A stretch of 64,000 nucleotides of DNA, from positions 1,216,001-1,280,000 of the forward strand of contig OZ242260.1 of NCBI GenBank assembly GCA_965207065.1, given 5' to 3'. The position numbers were made by a program, and so were the translations under genes. The notes beneath the pieces are model-generated. The model had not been told where the DNA came from, made no database searches, and saw only the letters and a program-made list of their open reading frames with translations. Of the stretch, positions 53,684 to 63,274 are shown piece by piece. Positions within the stretch are counted from its first letter, which is position 1; each line of letters begins with the position of its first letter. Source of the stretch: a bacterium. Lineage in GTDB: Bacteria; UBA8248.

Positions 53684-55603
53684 TTGAAAGTCAAGTATGA
53701 CGTCATCGTCGTTGGCGGCGGACACGCCGGATGCGAGGCGGCCCTGGCAGCGGCGCGCATGGGCGCTCGGACCATGATGCTCACGATGAACCTGGACACG
53801 GTGGGCCTGATGTCGTGCAATCCGGCTATCGGCGGTCTGGCGAAGGGCGTCCTGGTGCGCGAGGTGGACGCTCTCGGAGGCGAGATGGCCCGCGCCATCG
53901 ACGCCACGGGCATCCAGTTCCGGATGCTCAACACGAAAAAAGGCCCAGCCGTGCAGGCCCTGCGCGCCCAGGCGGACAAGCAGCGCTACCGCGCGTATAT
54001 GAAAAACGCGGTCGAAAGCCAGGCGGGCCTCGATCTCAAGCAGGGGATGGTGCAAAAACTCCTGGTGAAAGACGGGGCGGTAGCGGGCCTTCAGGATCAT
54101 TTTGGCGTTACCTGGGAGGCCAAGGCTGTCGTTCTGACGCCGGGCACCTTCACGCGCGGGCTTCTCCACTATGGGGACAGGAAGGTGGAAGGCGGTCGTG
54201 CGGGCGAGGGTTCCGCGAACGAACTCACGAAGCAACTCGTTTCGTTCGGCTTCGCCATCGGCCGCATGAAGACGGGAACGCCGCCCCGGCTGGACGCGAA
54301 ATCCATTGATTTTCAAATACTTGACGTTCAGCCCGGCGACGAACCCCCGCTTCCGTTCTCATACCGCACAAAGGCCATCGAACAGGAGCAGATACCCTGC
54401 TGGATCACCTACACGAACCCGGCGACGCACGAGGTCATCCGGCAGAACATCGAGCGCGCACCCATGTACAACGGGCAGATCGACGCGATCGGCGTGCGCT
54501 ATTGCCCGAGTATCGAGGACAAGATCATGCGCTTCGAGGGCAAGCAGGAGCACCAGATATTCCTGGAGCCCGAGGGACGCGAGACTTGCGAGATCTACGT
54601 GAACGGGCTTTCCACCAGTCTGCCGGTGGACGTGCAAACCCGTATGTTAAGAACAATCAAAGGCTTGGAGAGAGCCGAGATGATGCGTCCGGGCTACGCC
54701 GTCGAGTACGACCACGTGGAGCCGACCGAACTCGGGCCGAGCCTGATGACGAAAAAGATGCCGGGGCTATTCCACGCCGGCCAGATCAACGGGACGACGG
54801 GTTATGAGGAGGCCGCCGCCCAGGGGATCATGGCTGGGATCAACGCCGTTCACTACCTGGGCGATAAGGAGCCTGTCGTATTGAGCCGTGAAGAGGCCTA
54901 CATCGGCGTTCTGGTGGACGATCTCATCACCAAGGGAACGGCCGAGCCTTACCGGATGTTCACCAGCCGGGCCGAGCACAGGCTCCTGCTCCGCCACGAC
55001 AACGCGGATTTCCGGCTGATGGAGCTCGGCCACAGGGTCGGTTCCCTGGATGAGGCCACCTGGCGCGCCTTTGAAGACAAGTCGAAACAGGCGAAAGAGG
55101 CCATCGCGTATCTCGAAACCACGACGGTGAACCCCAAACCGGACGTGCGGAGCGCGATGGAGACGGCGGGTTCCCGGCCGCTCAAGAAGCCGTCCGCACT
55201 TGCCGATATCCTGAGGCGCCCCGAGGCGGGGCCGGAACTGGCGATCCGGGTCGATTCCATTGATAAAGGCCGTTTCCGGGCGATTTGGGAGGCCCTGTGC
55301 CGCGAATCGCGGCGCTACGTGCTGGCGGAAGTGAAATACAAGGAGTATTTCGAGCGGGAATACCAGCAGGTTCACCACCTGAGGATGGCGGACCGGGTGA
55401 AGATACCCGAGAGCATCTCCTATTCAGACGTGGGCCACCTGACGGCGGAAGTAAGGCAGCGGCTCGAGCAGATACGCCCCAAAACCCTCGGACAGGCGAG
55501 CCGCATCTCGGGCGTGACGCCCGCCGCCGTCGCCGTGCTGGAGGTCTACATCCGCAAACAGAGCGGAAATTCGCGGGAGGAGGCCTCAGCGACTGTTTCG
55601 TGA
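53684..55603 (+). CDS. mnmG: tRNA uridine 5-carboxymethylaminomethyl modification enzyme MnmG/GidA
   Basis: [58 protein letters not shown]. Confidence 0.98.
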   Translation: MKVKYDVIVVGGGHAGCEAALAAARMGARTMMLTMNLDTVGLMSCNPAIGGLAKGVLVREVDALGGEMARAIDATGIQFRMLNTKKGPAVQALRAQADKQRYRAYMKNAVESQAGLDLKQGMVQKLLVKDGAVAGLQDHFGVTWEAKAVVLTPGTFTRGLLHYGDRKVEGGRAGEGSANELTKQLVSFGFAIGRMKTGTPPRLDAKSIDFQILDVQPGDEPPLPFSYRTKAIEQEQIPCWITYTNPATHEVIRQNIERAPMYNGQIDAIGVRYCPSIEDKIMRFEGKQEHQIFLEPEGRETCEIYVNGLSTSLPVDVQTRMLRTIKGLERAEMMRPGYAVEYDHVEPTELGPSLMTKKMPGLFHAGQINGTTGYEEAAAQGIMAGINAVHYLGDKEPVVLSREEAYIGVLVDDLITKGTAEPYRMFTSRAEHRLLLRHDNADFRLMELGHRVGSLDEATWRAFEDKSKQAKEAIAYLETTTVNPKPDVRSAMETAGSRPLKKPSALADILRRPEAGPELAIRVDSIDKGRFRAIWEALCRESRRYVLAEVKYKEYFEREYQQVHHLRMADRVKIPESISYSDVGHLTAEVRQRLEQIRPKTLGQASRISGVTPAAVAVLEVYIRKQSGNSREEASATVS

Positions 55604-55678
55604 GCGTCGTCGTTTAAAAAAGCATTTCTCCCTGAGCGGGCATCGAAGAAATTCTCCCATTTTTGTCGATATTGCCCC

Positions 55679-55725
55679 GTAGGGACAGGTCGCGACCTCG
55701 GACAGGCACGGGGGCCTGTCCCTAC
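55679..55725. repeat. Composite REP-like element
   Basis: GTAGGGACAGGTCGCGACCTCGGACAGGCACGGGGGCCTGTCCCTAC. Confidence 0.75.
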
Positions 55726-55768
55726 GAGAGCCCACCCCCCCCCCCCCCGCTTCGCCAAAATTCCTCAC

Positions 55769-55784
55769 TGTTCCACGTGGAACA
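55769..55784. promoter_or_regulatory. parS site
   Basis: TGTTCCACGTGGAACA, a perfect match to the chromosomal parS consensus, upstream of parA. Confidence 0.93.
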
Positions 55785-55811
55785 TTTTCTCCTCTTATTA
55801 GCCGAAAAATA

Positions 55812-55827
55812 TGTTTCACGTGAAACA
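55812..55827. promoter_or_regulatory. parS site
   Basis: TGTTTCACGTGAAACA perfect palindrome. Confidence 0.93.
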
Positions 55828-55904
55828 TCCGGTTGTATTTTCAGGTGTGGTGTGAGAATCTTTGTTTATCGGTAGCCATTTTCACCCGCCCTGAAACAGA
55901 ATAT

Positions 55905-56750
55905 ATGGAAATCACACCCGGAGCGACCATCTCCCCGAGCGTTCCCGAGGCCGGAGAAAATGCGGCCCCATGTACGGTCGTGGCCGTCGTGAACCAGAAA
56001 GGCGGCGTCGGCAAGACCACGACGGCCGTCAACCTGGCGGCCTGCCTCGCCGTGGCGGACCAGCCGACACTTCTGGTCGACATGGACCCGCAATCGAACG
56101 CGACGAGTAATTTCGGTATATTTTCGCCTTCGTCTTCTCTCTACCGGGCGCTCGTGCTGGGCGAGCCGGTAGACGAAAATTCCTTGTATAATACTGATAC
56201 TAAAGGCCTTAAGGTTTTTCCTTCCTCCATCGATCTAGCGGGAGCGGAGGTGGAGATCGCGGATTTGCCCCAAAGGGAAAGCCGTTTGCGGAACATTATC
56301 GAGCCGCTCCGGAGCCGGTTCCGCTACATCCTCATCGACTGCCCGCCCTCGCTGGGTTTTCTCACCTTGAACGGCCTGCGGGCGGCGGATGAGGTGCTCA
56401 TTCCCATTCAGGCGGAGTATTTTGCGCTCGAGGGGCTGGCCCGGCTGATGAAGACGGTGGAGCGGATACGCGGGAGCGTTCATCCGGGCTTGAAAATAGG
56501 CGGAATCCTGCTCACGATGTATGATTCGAGGACGAACCTTTCGCGTCAGGTGAGCGAGGACTTGCGCTCCCATCTGCCGGAGTTGACCTACCGGGTCGTG
56601 ATTCCCAGGAACGTGCGCCTCGCCGAGGCGCCGAGCCACGGGAAGCCGGTAATCACCTACGACATCTCCTCGCCGGGCGCACAGGCGTATCTCGCGCTGG
56701 CGAGCGAGTTCATCATGCGCTCGAAGGAAAGGATGAGAAACCAGATATGA
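55905..56750 (+). CDS. parA: Chromosome partitioning ATPase ParA/Soj
   Basis: NQKGGVGKTTT, DMDPQSNAT, IDCPPSLG, PRNVRLAEAPSHG. Confidence 0.96.
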   Translation: MEITPGATISPSVPEAGENAAPCTVVAVVNQKGGVGKTTTAVNLAACLAVADQPTLLVDMDPQSNATSNFGIFSPSSSLYRALVLGEPVDENSLYNTDTKGLKVFPSSIDLAGAEVEIADLPQRESRLRNIIEPLRSRFRYILIDCPPSLGFLTLNGLRAADEVLIPIQAEYFALEGLARLMKTVERIRGSVHPGLKIGGILLTMYDSRTNLSRQVSEDLRSHLPELTYRVVIPRNVRLAEAPSHGKPVITYDISSPGAQAYLALASEFIMRSKERMRNQI

Positions 56751-57673
56751 CGACCATTCGGAAAAAAGTGCTCGGACGCGGCCTGGACGCGCTCCTGGCC
56801 TCCCAGGACGCGCAAGACCCCGCGCCGGCGGTGCTGGACCCTCCGAGAACCACCGCTGAAGAAGCGGGGATTCTGATGCGGCTCTCTCCCGCCCGCCTCA
56901 CCCCCGGCGTTCACCAGCCGCGCGTTGATTTCGACGAGGAAGACCTGGCCGAACTGGCCGAATCCGTGAAGCGCCACGGAGTTATCCAGCCCCTTCTTAT
57001 CCGGCGTGCCGCGAGCGGGGGATACGAGATCGTTGCCGGGGAGCGGCGCTGGCGTGCCGCGCGGATGGCGGAAGTCGACGAGGTTCCCGCCATCCTCACC
57101 GACGCGGGGGGAGACGAAGCGCTCGAACTCGCCATCGTCGAGAACGTGCAGCGCGCCGACCTGAACCCCATGGAAGAGGCGGCCGCGTACGCGAGCATGA
57201 TGGAGCGCCTCGGCCTCACGCAGGAGCAAGTCGCCGCGCGCGTGGGCAAGGATCGCTCCACCGTAGCGAACTACATCCGCCTGCTCAATCTGCCACCCTC
57301 GGTTCAGGAGAGCGTGGCCGCTGAACTCCTCTCCATGGGGCATGCCAGGGCGCTCCTGTCCTTGCGTACGGATGAAGAAATGGAGGGCCATGCCAGGGCC
57401 GCTACAGAAAAAAGACTCTCCGTGCGCCAGCTGGAGATGCGCGTGAGAAAAGCGCTTGAGGGGAAAAATGAGGCGAAGGAAGCCTTCCGCCAACCCGCTC
57501 CGCAGAACGGGCCGTCGGGGCCGCAGGCGCTTTATCTACGCGAGGCGGCGGGGCGGCTCAGAAGCGCGCTGGGAACGAAAGTCGCAATTACAGGCGATGA
57601 GGAGAACGGAAAGATAGAAATAGAGTATTATACGAGAGAAACACTCGAGGGATTGCTCCAGCGGCTTTGTTAG
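56747..57673 (+). CDS. parB: Chromosome partitioning protein ParB/Spo0J
   Basis: LGRGLDALL, QPR..FD, GERRWRAA, ENVQRADLNPMEEA, HTH. Confidence 0.96.
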   Translation: MTTIRKKVLGRGLDALLASQDAQDPAPAVLDPPRTTAEEAGILMRLSPARLTPGVHQPRVDFDEEDLAELAESVKRHGVIQPLLIRRAASGGYEIVAGERRWRAARMAEVDEVPAILTDAGGDEALELAIVENVQRADLNPMEEAAAYASMMERLGLTQEQVAARVGKDRSTVANYIRLLNLPPSVQESVAAELLSMGHARALLSLRTDEEMEGHARAATEKRLSVRQLEMRVRKALEGKNEAKEAFRQPAPQNGPSGPQALYLREAAGRLRSALGTKVAITGDEENGKIEIEYYTRETLEGLLQRLC

Positions 57674-57712
57674 CTCTGGTTTTTCTATCGGGATTCATGC
57701 GAGGATCGTTGG

Positions 57713-58153
57713 ATGGCGAAAAACTACGAGAAGAGCATTCGCGCCTTTCTGGGAGAAGGCACCGAGTTCAAGGGCGTCATCACCTTCGAGGGAACCGTGC
57801 GCGTGGACGGCATCCTCGAGGGAGAGGTCATCACGGATGACACCTTCATCATCGGGACGGCGGCGAAGGTGAAGGCCGAGGTCAAGGCCGGCGTCGTCAT
57901 CGTGATGGGCCGGATGGAAGGCAAGATAGAAGCGAAGGAAAAGTGCGAGGTGAGGGTCGGCTCCCACGTGAGCGGGGAGATTTACACGCCGAGCATCTAC
58001 ATCGAAGAAGGCGCGGTGTTCGAGGGGACCTGCCACATGACGGGCGACGGCAGGGGCTCGGTTTCGAGCGCCGAGGAAGCGGAGGAGAACTCCGGGGTGG
58101 AGGAGGCTCCCGGGGAGGGTGAACCCCCGGCGCCCGCTCCCGAGGCGGACTGA
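57713..58153 (+). CDS. Bactofilin (polymer-forming cytoskeletal protein)
   Basis: FLGEGTEFKGVITFEGTVRVDG...IEEGAVFEGTCHM beta-helix; acidic tail. Confidence 0.88.
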   Translation: MAKNYEKSIRAFLGEGTEFKGVITFEGTVRVDGILEGEVITDDTFIIGTAAKVKAEVKAGVVIVMGRMEGKIEAKEKCEVRVGSHVSGEIYTPSIYIEEGAVFEGTCHMTGDGRGSVSSAEEAEENSGVEEAPGEGEPPAPAPEAD

Positions 58154-58190
58154 GCGCCCGCTTCGGGACGGCTAAAGAAGGCGGCTGGAG

Positions 58191-58460
58191 ATGGCAAACG
58201 GTCGATCGGCTCTGGGAATTTTAGCAGGGTTTGTTTTCTGGTTGGGCATCGCATACTACTTCTACCAACGAGATTTTACGGGAGCGCTCTGGTTCGTCGC
58301 GGCCTTCGGTCTGATATACGGCGTCTATCGTTTGATCGCCCACCTGCTGGCCTCGAACCCGAAGCCCCGCCACATGCAGGATGAGGACGTCGACCCGCCG
58401 CCCCGCTCGGATCTGCCCGAGTATGATTTCAAAGACGTGGAACCGAAGGATTTCGAGTGA
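58191..58460 (+). CDS. Hypothetical small membrane protein
   Basis: GGAG directly upstream; two TMs and an acidic tail. Confidence 0.6.
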   Translation: MANGRSALGILAGFVFWLGIAYYFYQRDFTGALWFVAAFGLIYGVYRLIAHLLASNPKPRHMQDEDVDPPPRSDLPEYDFKDVEPKDFE

Positions 58461-58490
58461 TGTTCCTCCCGAGAGACTTATAAGGCCCAT

Positions 58491-58865
58491 ATGTCCCAGT
58501 TCGTCATATACGCCCACAGCGGCGAGCCCGAGCGCATCCACCAGATAGCCACCCTGTCGGCGAGCGCCGCCGCGAACGGGGATGAGGCGCACGTGATCCT
58601 CTTCTTCGGTGCGCTCAGGCGATTCGTGGACGACGAGCTGGACTCATGCCTTCCGGCGGGAGAGGGAGCGCGCGGGGCGCATTCGGCGGAGGAACTCATC
58701 GAGTCCGCCAGAAGACTCGGCAAGCTCAAGATATACGCCTGCGCCGCGCAGCCCAAGCTCCTGGGCCTCGCGCCCGAGGACGTGGCGGACGTCGTGGACG
58801 AGGTAATCAGCCTCCCTGAGTTCATGCGGAAAACAAAAGGGGCGGAGACCAAGCTTTTCATTTAA
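58491..58865 (+). CDS. DsrE/DsrF-like (peroxiredoxin-associated) protein
   Basis: AAANGDEAHVILFFGAL...KIYAC...LGL...VDEV...LFI pattern. Confidence 0.7.
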   Translation: MSQFVIYAHSGEPERIHQIATLSASAAANGDEAHVILFFGALRRFVDDELDSCLPAGEGARGAHSAEELIESARRLGKLKIYACAAQPKLLGLAPEDVADVVDEVISLPEFMRKTKGAETKLFI

Positions 58866-59005
58866 GCAGGTTCCTTCGCAGATTTCCCGCGCCGGTTTTC
58901 TCCCGGTGCATATAATGTGCTAGACAAGGATGAGCGCGGCTGCGTTACATGCCGCAATGCGCATGACGTTTTGAATTTCTTATCCAATCTCGACAGGAAG
59001 ACGAC

Positions 59006-59866
59006 ATGAAATTTCTGGCGGCAGCGGCCCAGATAGGTCCGAGGCTTGGAAATCTCGACGCGAACCGTGAACTGCTGGTCGAAGAAGTGAGAAAGGCAGA
59101 GGCGGAAGGCGTCGACCTCCTCGTTTTTCCCGAACTCTCGCTCACGGGTTATTTCCTGAAGGACATGGTTCCCGAGGTGGCCGTCCGGCGCAACACCTCG
59201 GCGATAAAGGAAATCGCCGCCTTGAGCCAGAACCTCTCCCTGGTGGTGGGCTTCGTGGAGGAATCCGGCAGGCACGGGTTTTTCAATTCCGCCGCTTATT
59301 TCGAAAACGGTGAACTGCTCCACGTGCACCGCAAGGTGTACCTGCCGACATACGGTCTGTTCGACGAGAACCGCTACGTGGGCAAGGGAGACAAGGTGCG
59401 CGCCTTCGACACGCGGTTCGGCCGCGCGGCGATTCTCATCTGCGAGGACGCCTGGCACCCGAGCCTGGCGGGCATCGCCTCGTTAGACGGGGCGGATTTG
59501 CTCATCGTTCCCTCGGCGAGTCCGGCGCGCGGGGTGAGCAAGGCGAACGGCGAGGGCGGCCTCGCGATCCAGCGCGTCTGGCAGTCGCTCACGAGAACCT
59601 ACGCCGCGTCCTACAACCAGCACGTCGTCTTCAGCAACCGGGTGGGCTATGAGGACGGCATCAACTTCTGGGGCGGTTCGGAAATCCTCGCGCCCAGCGG
59701 GGAGCCCCTCGCCCAGGCGGAGCGCGCGAGCGAGCAATTGCTCGTGACCGAAGTGGACACGGCGAACGTGCGCCGCGCGCGCATCGCATCTCCCACCCTC
59801 CGGGATGAGGACTTACACCTCACCCTGCGCGAACTCCGCCGCATCCAGCGCTCGCGCGAGGGGTAA
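59006..59866 (+). CDS. Carbon-nitrogen hydrolase (likely stand-alone glutaminase partner of NAD synthetase)
   Basis: E-K-C triad: VFPELSLTGY, HRKVYLPTYGLFDE.RY, ICEDAW; SASP; NRVG. Confidence 0.85.
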   Translation: MKFLAAAAQIGPRLGNLDANRELLVEEVRKAEAEGVDLLVFPELSLTGYFLKDMVPEVAVRRNTSAIKEIAALSQNLSLVVGFVEESGRHGFFNSAAYFENGELLHVHRKVYLPTYGLFDENRYVGKGDKVRAFDTRFGRAAILICEDAWHPSLAGIASLDGADLLIVPSASPARGVSKANGEGGLAIQRVWQSLTRTYAASYNQHVVFSNRVGYEDGINFWGGSEILAPSGEPLAQAERASEQLLVTEVDTANVRRARIASPTLRDEDLHLTLRELRRIQRSREG

Positions 59867-60375
59867 GGCCCGAGCGGGGAGGGGTTGTTGAAAAACCCTA
59901 ACGCCGTGAGCCAATCCTCTCTACCTTGCAGAGTGTCAATAACCATTCCCCCCGCAGTGATGCGCCCCCGCCGGGTAGAGGGGGCTTTGCTTTTTCTTGC
60001 CCCCCTGACAAGGGGGGGTAGGGGGGGTTGCTTCTGACGAGGAAAATCGGGGGTTCGTGCGGAAGCGGACTTCCCGCTAGAGGTGATGTCCCCAGACAAG
60101 GAATTTTCTTCGGGCATTCCCCTCGGAATGCCCGACCCCCTCAATGAGGAGTGAAAACTCCTTCCTCCCCGGTCGGGTTTGACGCCGGAACGACGATCAT
60201 AACGACACCGATGGGAAAGGTCCGTTCCCAAGAATTCAAGTGTTGATTGAATCCTAGGGACAACCCCTCCTCGGACAGGCACGGGGGCCTTGGACAGGTC
60301 ACGACCTGTCCCTACAAGAGCCTTACGAATCGAGACGGGCGGACACGCGGGTTCGTCCCTACGGATGGTCTCCTC
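59867..60375. repeat. Mosaic intergenic cluster of palindromic repeats
   Basis: GGGGTTGTTGAAAAA (59881), CCCCCCTGACAAGGGGGGGTAGGGGGGG (~60000-60030), TCGGGCATTCC-CCTC-GGAATGCCCGA (60110-60135), REP-like units at 60269-60315 and 60337-60362. Confidence 0.7.
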
Positions 60376-61155
60376 TCACGCGTCGCGCCATTCGGTTCTG
60401 GAGGGCAGCGAGCCGCCCCGGAAGTTGAACAAGGTGGCGGGAGCGTCGCTCGCGTTGTGCACGGTGTGCCAAGCGCCGCCGGGCGTATGGACGAGGTCGC
60501 CCACCGACGCCTCGATGGTCTCGTCTTCGATGATGATGTTCATGCGTCCTTCCAGAACGAGTGTTCCCTCGTCAATCGTTTCCTGGTGACGATGGACGTG
60601 CGGCCTCCCGCCGGGCGGGAAGGAGACGATCTGGCATTCCAGGAATTCGGTGGCGATGGCGCGCGTGAGACCCTTCTCCTTCACGGAGCCTGCGTCGAAC
60701 GGCCCCGTGAGCGAGGCGACGTCGCCCTTGATGTAGGGGACGGGAGGCGCCATGGGATTTTCCACCGACTCGGGATCGGGACTGGGGGGCGGATCGCCCG
60801 GCGGCATGAGGAAGCCCGAAGGCATCCGGCCGCCCCTGAAGTTGAACTCGATCAGCTCGTCGTTGCTTATGTTCTTCATGTTGTGCATCGCGCCGCGCGG
60901 GTTCAGGAGCACGTCGCCCTTCGAGACTTCGAACGTCTCCCCATTGTTGAGGATAAGCCCGCGCCCGTTATAGATGAGGTAGCCCTCGTCCATCTCTTCG
61001 TGATGCGCGTGATAGGGAGGGTAGGCGCCGGGCGGAAGGACGATGGCCCGCACTTCCAGGTTCGGCGTATTGATGAGGATGGGCGAGCCTTTCTCTCTCG
61101 CTTCTTCCTCGTCGTAGACCCATTTTACGTCTTCGATGTTTCCCACGTATGGCAT
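60376..61155 (-). CDS. Bicupin (two cupin domains)
   Basis: Repeated motifs PPG..PP.HAH..EMDEG...G..H and PPG.RPHVHRH.ETIDEG...GAWH; both halves end in FNFRGG. Confidence 0.85.
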   Translation of the reverse strand: MPYVGNIEDVKWVYDEEEAREKGSPILINTPNLEVRAIVLPPGAYPPYHAHHEEMDEGYLIYNGRGLILNNGETFEVSKGDVLLNPRGAMHNMKNISNDELIEFNFRGGRMPSGFLMPPGDPPPSPDPESVENPMAPPVPYIKGDVASLTGPFDAGSVKEKGLTRAIATEFLECQIVSFPPGGRPHVHRHQETIDEGTLVLEGRMNIIIEDETIEASVGDLVHTPGGAWHTVHNASDAPATLFNFRGGSLPSRTEWRDA

Positions 61156-61307
61156 AAGGACTCCAGATATTCGGTGGATGGATGAGAGAAAGGTATCCTC
61201 AGGCCTCGTGCGGGGTCAATGGCCAGGAGGCGTTGCGCAGCGCGCGGACGGGAGGCATGATAGGGCCTGGTTTGTCACGCGATCACTTTTTGTTCTGGAG
61301 ATACGGT

Positions 61308-62159
61308 TTGCTGGACGAAGGACTCATCGAAGGCGCGATGGCGGAACTGGAGCTCGACGGCGAACTCGCCGCCGGCCTGCTGGCGGGCTTCATCAGGGAC
61401 GAAGTCACGAAAGTAGGCGTGAAGAAGCTCGTCCTGGGCCTTTCGGGCGGGATTGACAGCGCGCTCTCCGCATTCCTGGCCGCACGCGCCATGGGCCCCG
61501 AGAACGTGACGGGCGTCATCATGCCCTACCGCCTCTCGAACCCTCAGAGCGAAGCCGACGCGCGCGCGGTGGCCGAGGCGAGCGGAATCCACATCCGCGT
61601 GGTGGACATCTCCCCCCAGGTGGACGCGTATTACGAGCGCTTCCCGGACGCGGACAATCTCCGCCGGGGCAACAAGATGGCGCGCGAGCGGATGACGATT
61701 CTCTATGATCACTCGGCCTTCCTCGGCGCGCTGGTCGTTGGCACGAGCAACAAGACCGAACTCCTGCTCGGCTACGGGACCTTGTTCGGGGACATGGCGA
61801 GCGCGGTGAACCCCATCGGCGATCTGTTCAAGACGCAGGTGCGCCAGCTCTCGCGCCACGTCGGCGTGCCCGCGCAGGTGGTGGAGAAAGCGCCGAGCGC
61901 GGACCTCTGGGTGGGCCAGACCGACGAGCAGGAACTCGGCTACACCTACGAGGTGGCGGACGCCGTCCTGTACCGGATGATCGACTGCCGCTACACGCGC
62001 GAGGAGCTGCTCGGGGAGGGCTTCCCGCCCGAACTCGTGGACGGCATTCAGCGCCTCGTGCAGCGCAGCCAGTACAAAAGACGCCTGCCGCTCATCGCCA
62101 AGCTCAGCCAGCGCACCATCGACCGCGACTTCCGCTACGCGCGCGATTGGGGGCTCTAA
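61308..62159 (+). CDS. nadE: NAD+ synthetase (synthetase domain only)
   Basis: [57 protein letters not shown] start with GGAG RBS (ATG at 61338 is an alternative). Confidence 0.93.
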   Translation: MLDEGLIEGAMAELELDGELAAGLLAGFIRDEVTKVGVKKLVLGLSGGIDSALSAFLAARAMGPENVTGVIMPYRLSNPQSEADARAVAEASGIHIRVVDISPQVDAYYERFPDADNLRRGNKMARERMTILYDHSAFLGALVVGTSNKTELLLGYGTLFGDMASAVNPIGDLFKTQVRQLSRHVGVPAQVVEKAPSADLWVGQTDEQELGYTYEVADAVLYRMIDCRYTREELLGEGFPPELVDGIQRLVQRSQYKRRLPLIAKLSQRTIDRDFRYARDWGL

Positions 62160-62298
62160 CGCCGAGCGCGCTTGAAGTCTGCTCTCACCTGTGGCATTAT
62201 AATCTTCCGAACGTCGATTACTCCTGCTTTATCTCAAACATGCGGCTCAAAGCGCGTGGTTTTTTTGAACTCTAGGACTGCAACAACAGGAGGGCGAA

Positions 62299-62757
62299 AT
62301 GGCAGCACTCAAAGAAGGAGCAAAAGCCCCCGCCTTCGCCTTGAGGGATGAGAACGGCAAGGTGCACCGGCTCTCGAAATACAAGGGCCAGAAGGTCGTG
62401 CTCTACTTCTACCCGAAGGACAACACGCCCGGATGCACGGCGGAGGCGCAGGACTTCAACAAGCAACTGCAGCGGATACAGAAGAAGAACGCGACCGTAA
62501 TCGGCGTCAGTCCGGACAACGAGGTCAGCCACAAGAAGTTCTCCCAGCAACTGGAGCTGGACTTCACCCTGCTGGCGGACCCCGACGGTTTGATCTCCTC
62601 AAAATACGGGGCCTACGGCGAGAAGACGCTGTTCGGCGAGAAGTTCAACGGCATCTACCGCACGACCTACATCATCGACGAGACCGGCGTCATCGAGAAA
62701 GTCTTCAAGGACGTCAAGGTGGCCGGACATACGAAGGACGTGCTGAAGGCGCTATAG
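62299..62757 (+). CDS. bcp: Peroxiredoxin Bcp/PrxQ
   Basis: VVLYFYPKDNTPGCTAEA, GVSPD..SH.KF, RTTYIID. Confidence 0.93.
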   Translation: MAALKEGAKAPAFALRDENGKVHRLSKYKGQKVVLYFYPKDNTPGCTAEAQDFNKQLQRIQKKNATVIGVSPDNEVSHKKFSQQLELDFTLLADPDGLISSKYGAYGEKTLFGEKFNGIYRTTYIIDETGVIEKVFKDVKVAGHTKDVLKAL

Positions 62758-62776
62758 GCGGGCTTATCAATTCCAT

Positions 62777-62812
62777 ATCGCCTCGCTCTTCCGGGAGCGG
62801 GGCGATTTTTTT
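62777..62812 (+). terminator. Rho-independent terminator after bcp
   Basis: ATCGCCTCGCTC-TTCCGG-GAGCGGGGCGAT followed by a T run. Confidence 0.8.
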
Positions 62813-62826
62813 GTGGTACGGAGCTG

Positions 62827-62938
62827 TTGAGGGCCGGGCTTCCCGAGGGGAATGCCCGATGAAAAAGTTCCGATTTCGCAACCAGGCGAATGAAACCAAC
62901 CGGGGGGTCCATAAGGACAGGTCGCGACCTGTCCGAGG
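62827..62938. repeat. Inverted copy of the 60100-60144 repeat plus a REP-like palindrome
   Basis: 62827-62871 reverse-complements to GGAACTTTTTCATCGGGCATTCCCCTCGGGAAGCCCGGCCCTCAA; GGACAGGTCGCGACCTGTCC at 62915-62934. Confidence 0.72.
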
Positions 62939-63274
62939 CAAATGTCTTTCTCGATGAACAGCACCTCGTTGAATCGCGGGTCGCCCGCTCCGCCGCGGCG
63001 GTTCGAGAACCCACGCCCCCGGGCTGCGCCCCGGAACAGGGAATGCCGACAGAACCGGAAGAACTTGACGCGCCATGCCGAAATCCCCCCGTGCAAGCCT
63101 TCTGGCCGCTCCCTCATCTTCTTTGAACGGCTTTCAGCGCGAATCCACCTCCCCCGGTTCCGAATTTCCGAAAAATTAGATAAAATCAGATAAATTCACA
63201 ATGTTTTCTGATAAATAACCGAAAATTCACGATGCTCTAAGTATCTGAATAGTAACCGGATAAGGGGTTTTGGG

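Noticed and set aside
51095-62938. Palindromic repeats as a CRISPR array
   Set aside because: Copies are dispersed over kilobases, have no regular spacers, and no cas genes are present
62940-63130. Possible pseudogene fragment (minus-strand RFNEVLFIEKDI)
   Set aside because: Too short and motif-poor to assign to any family
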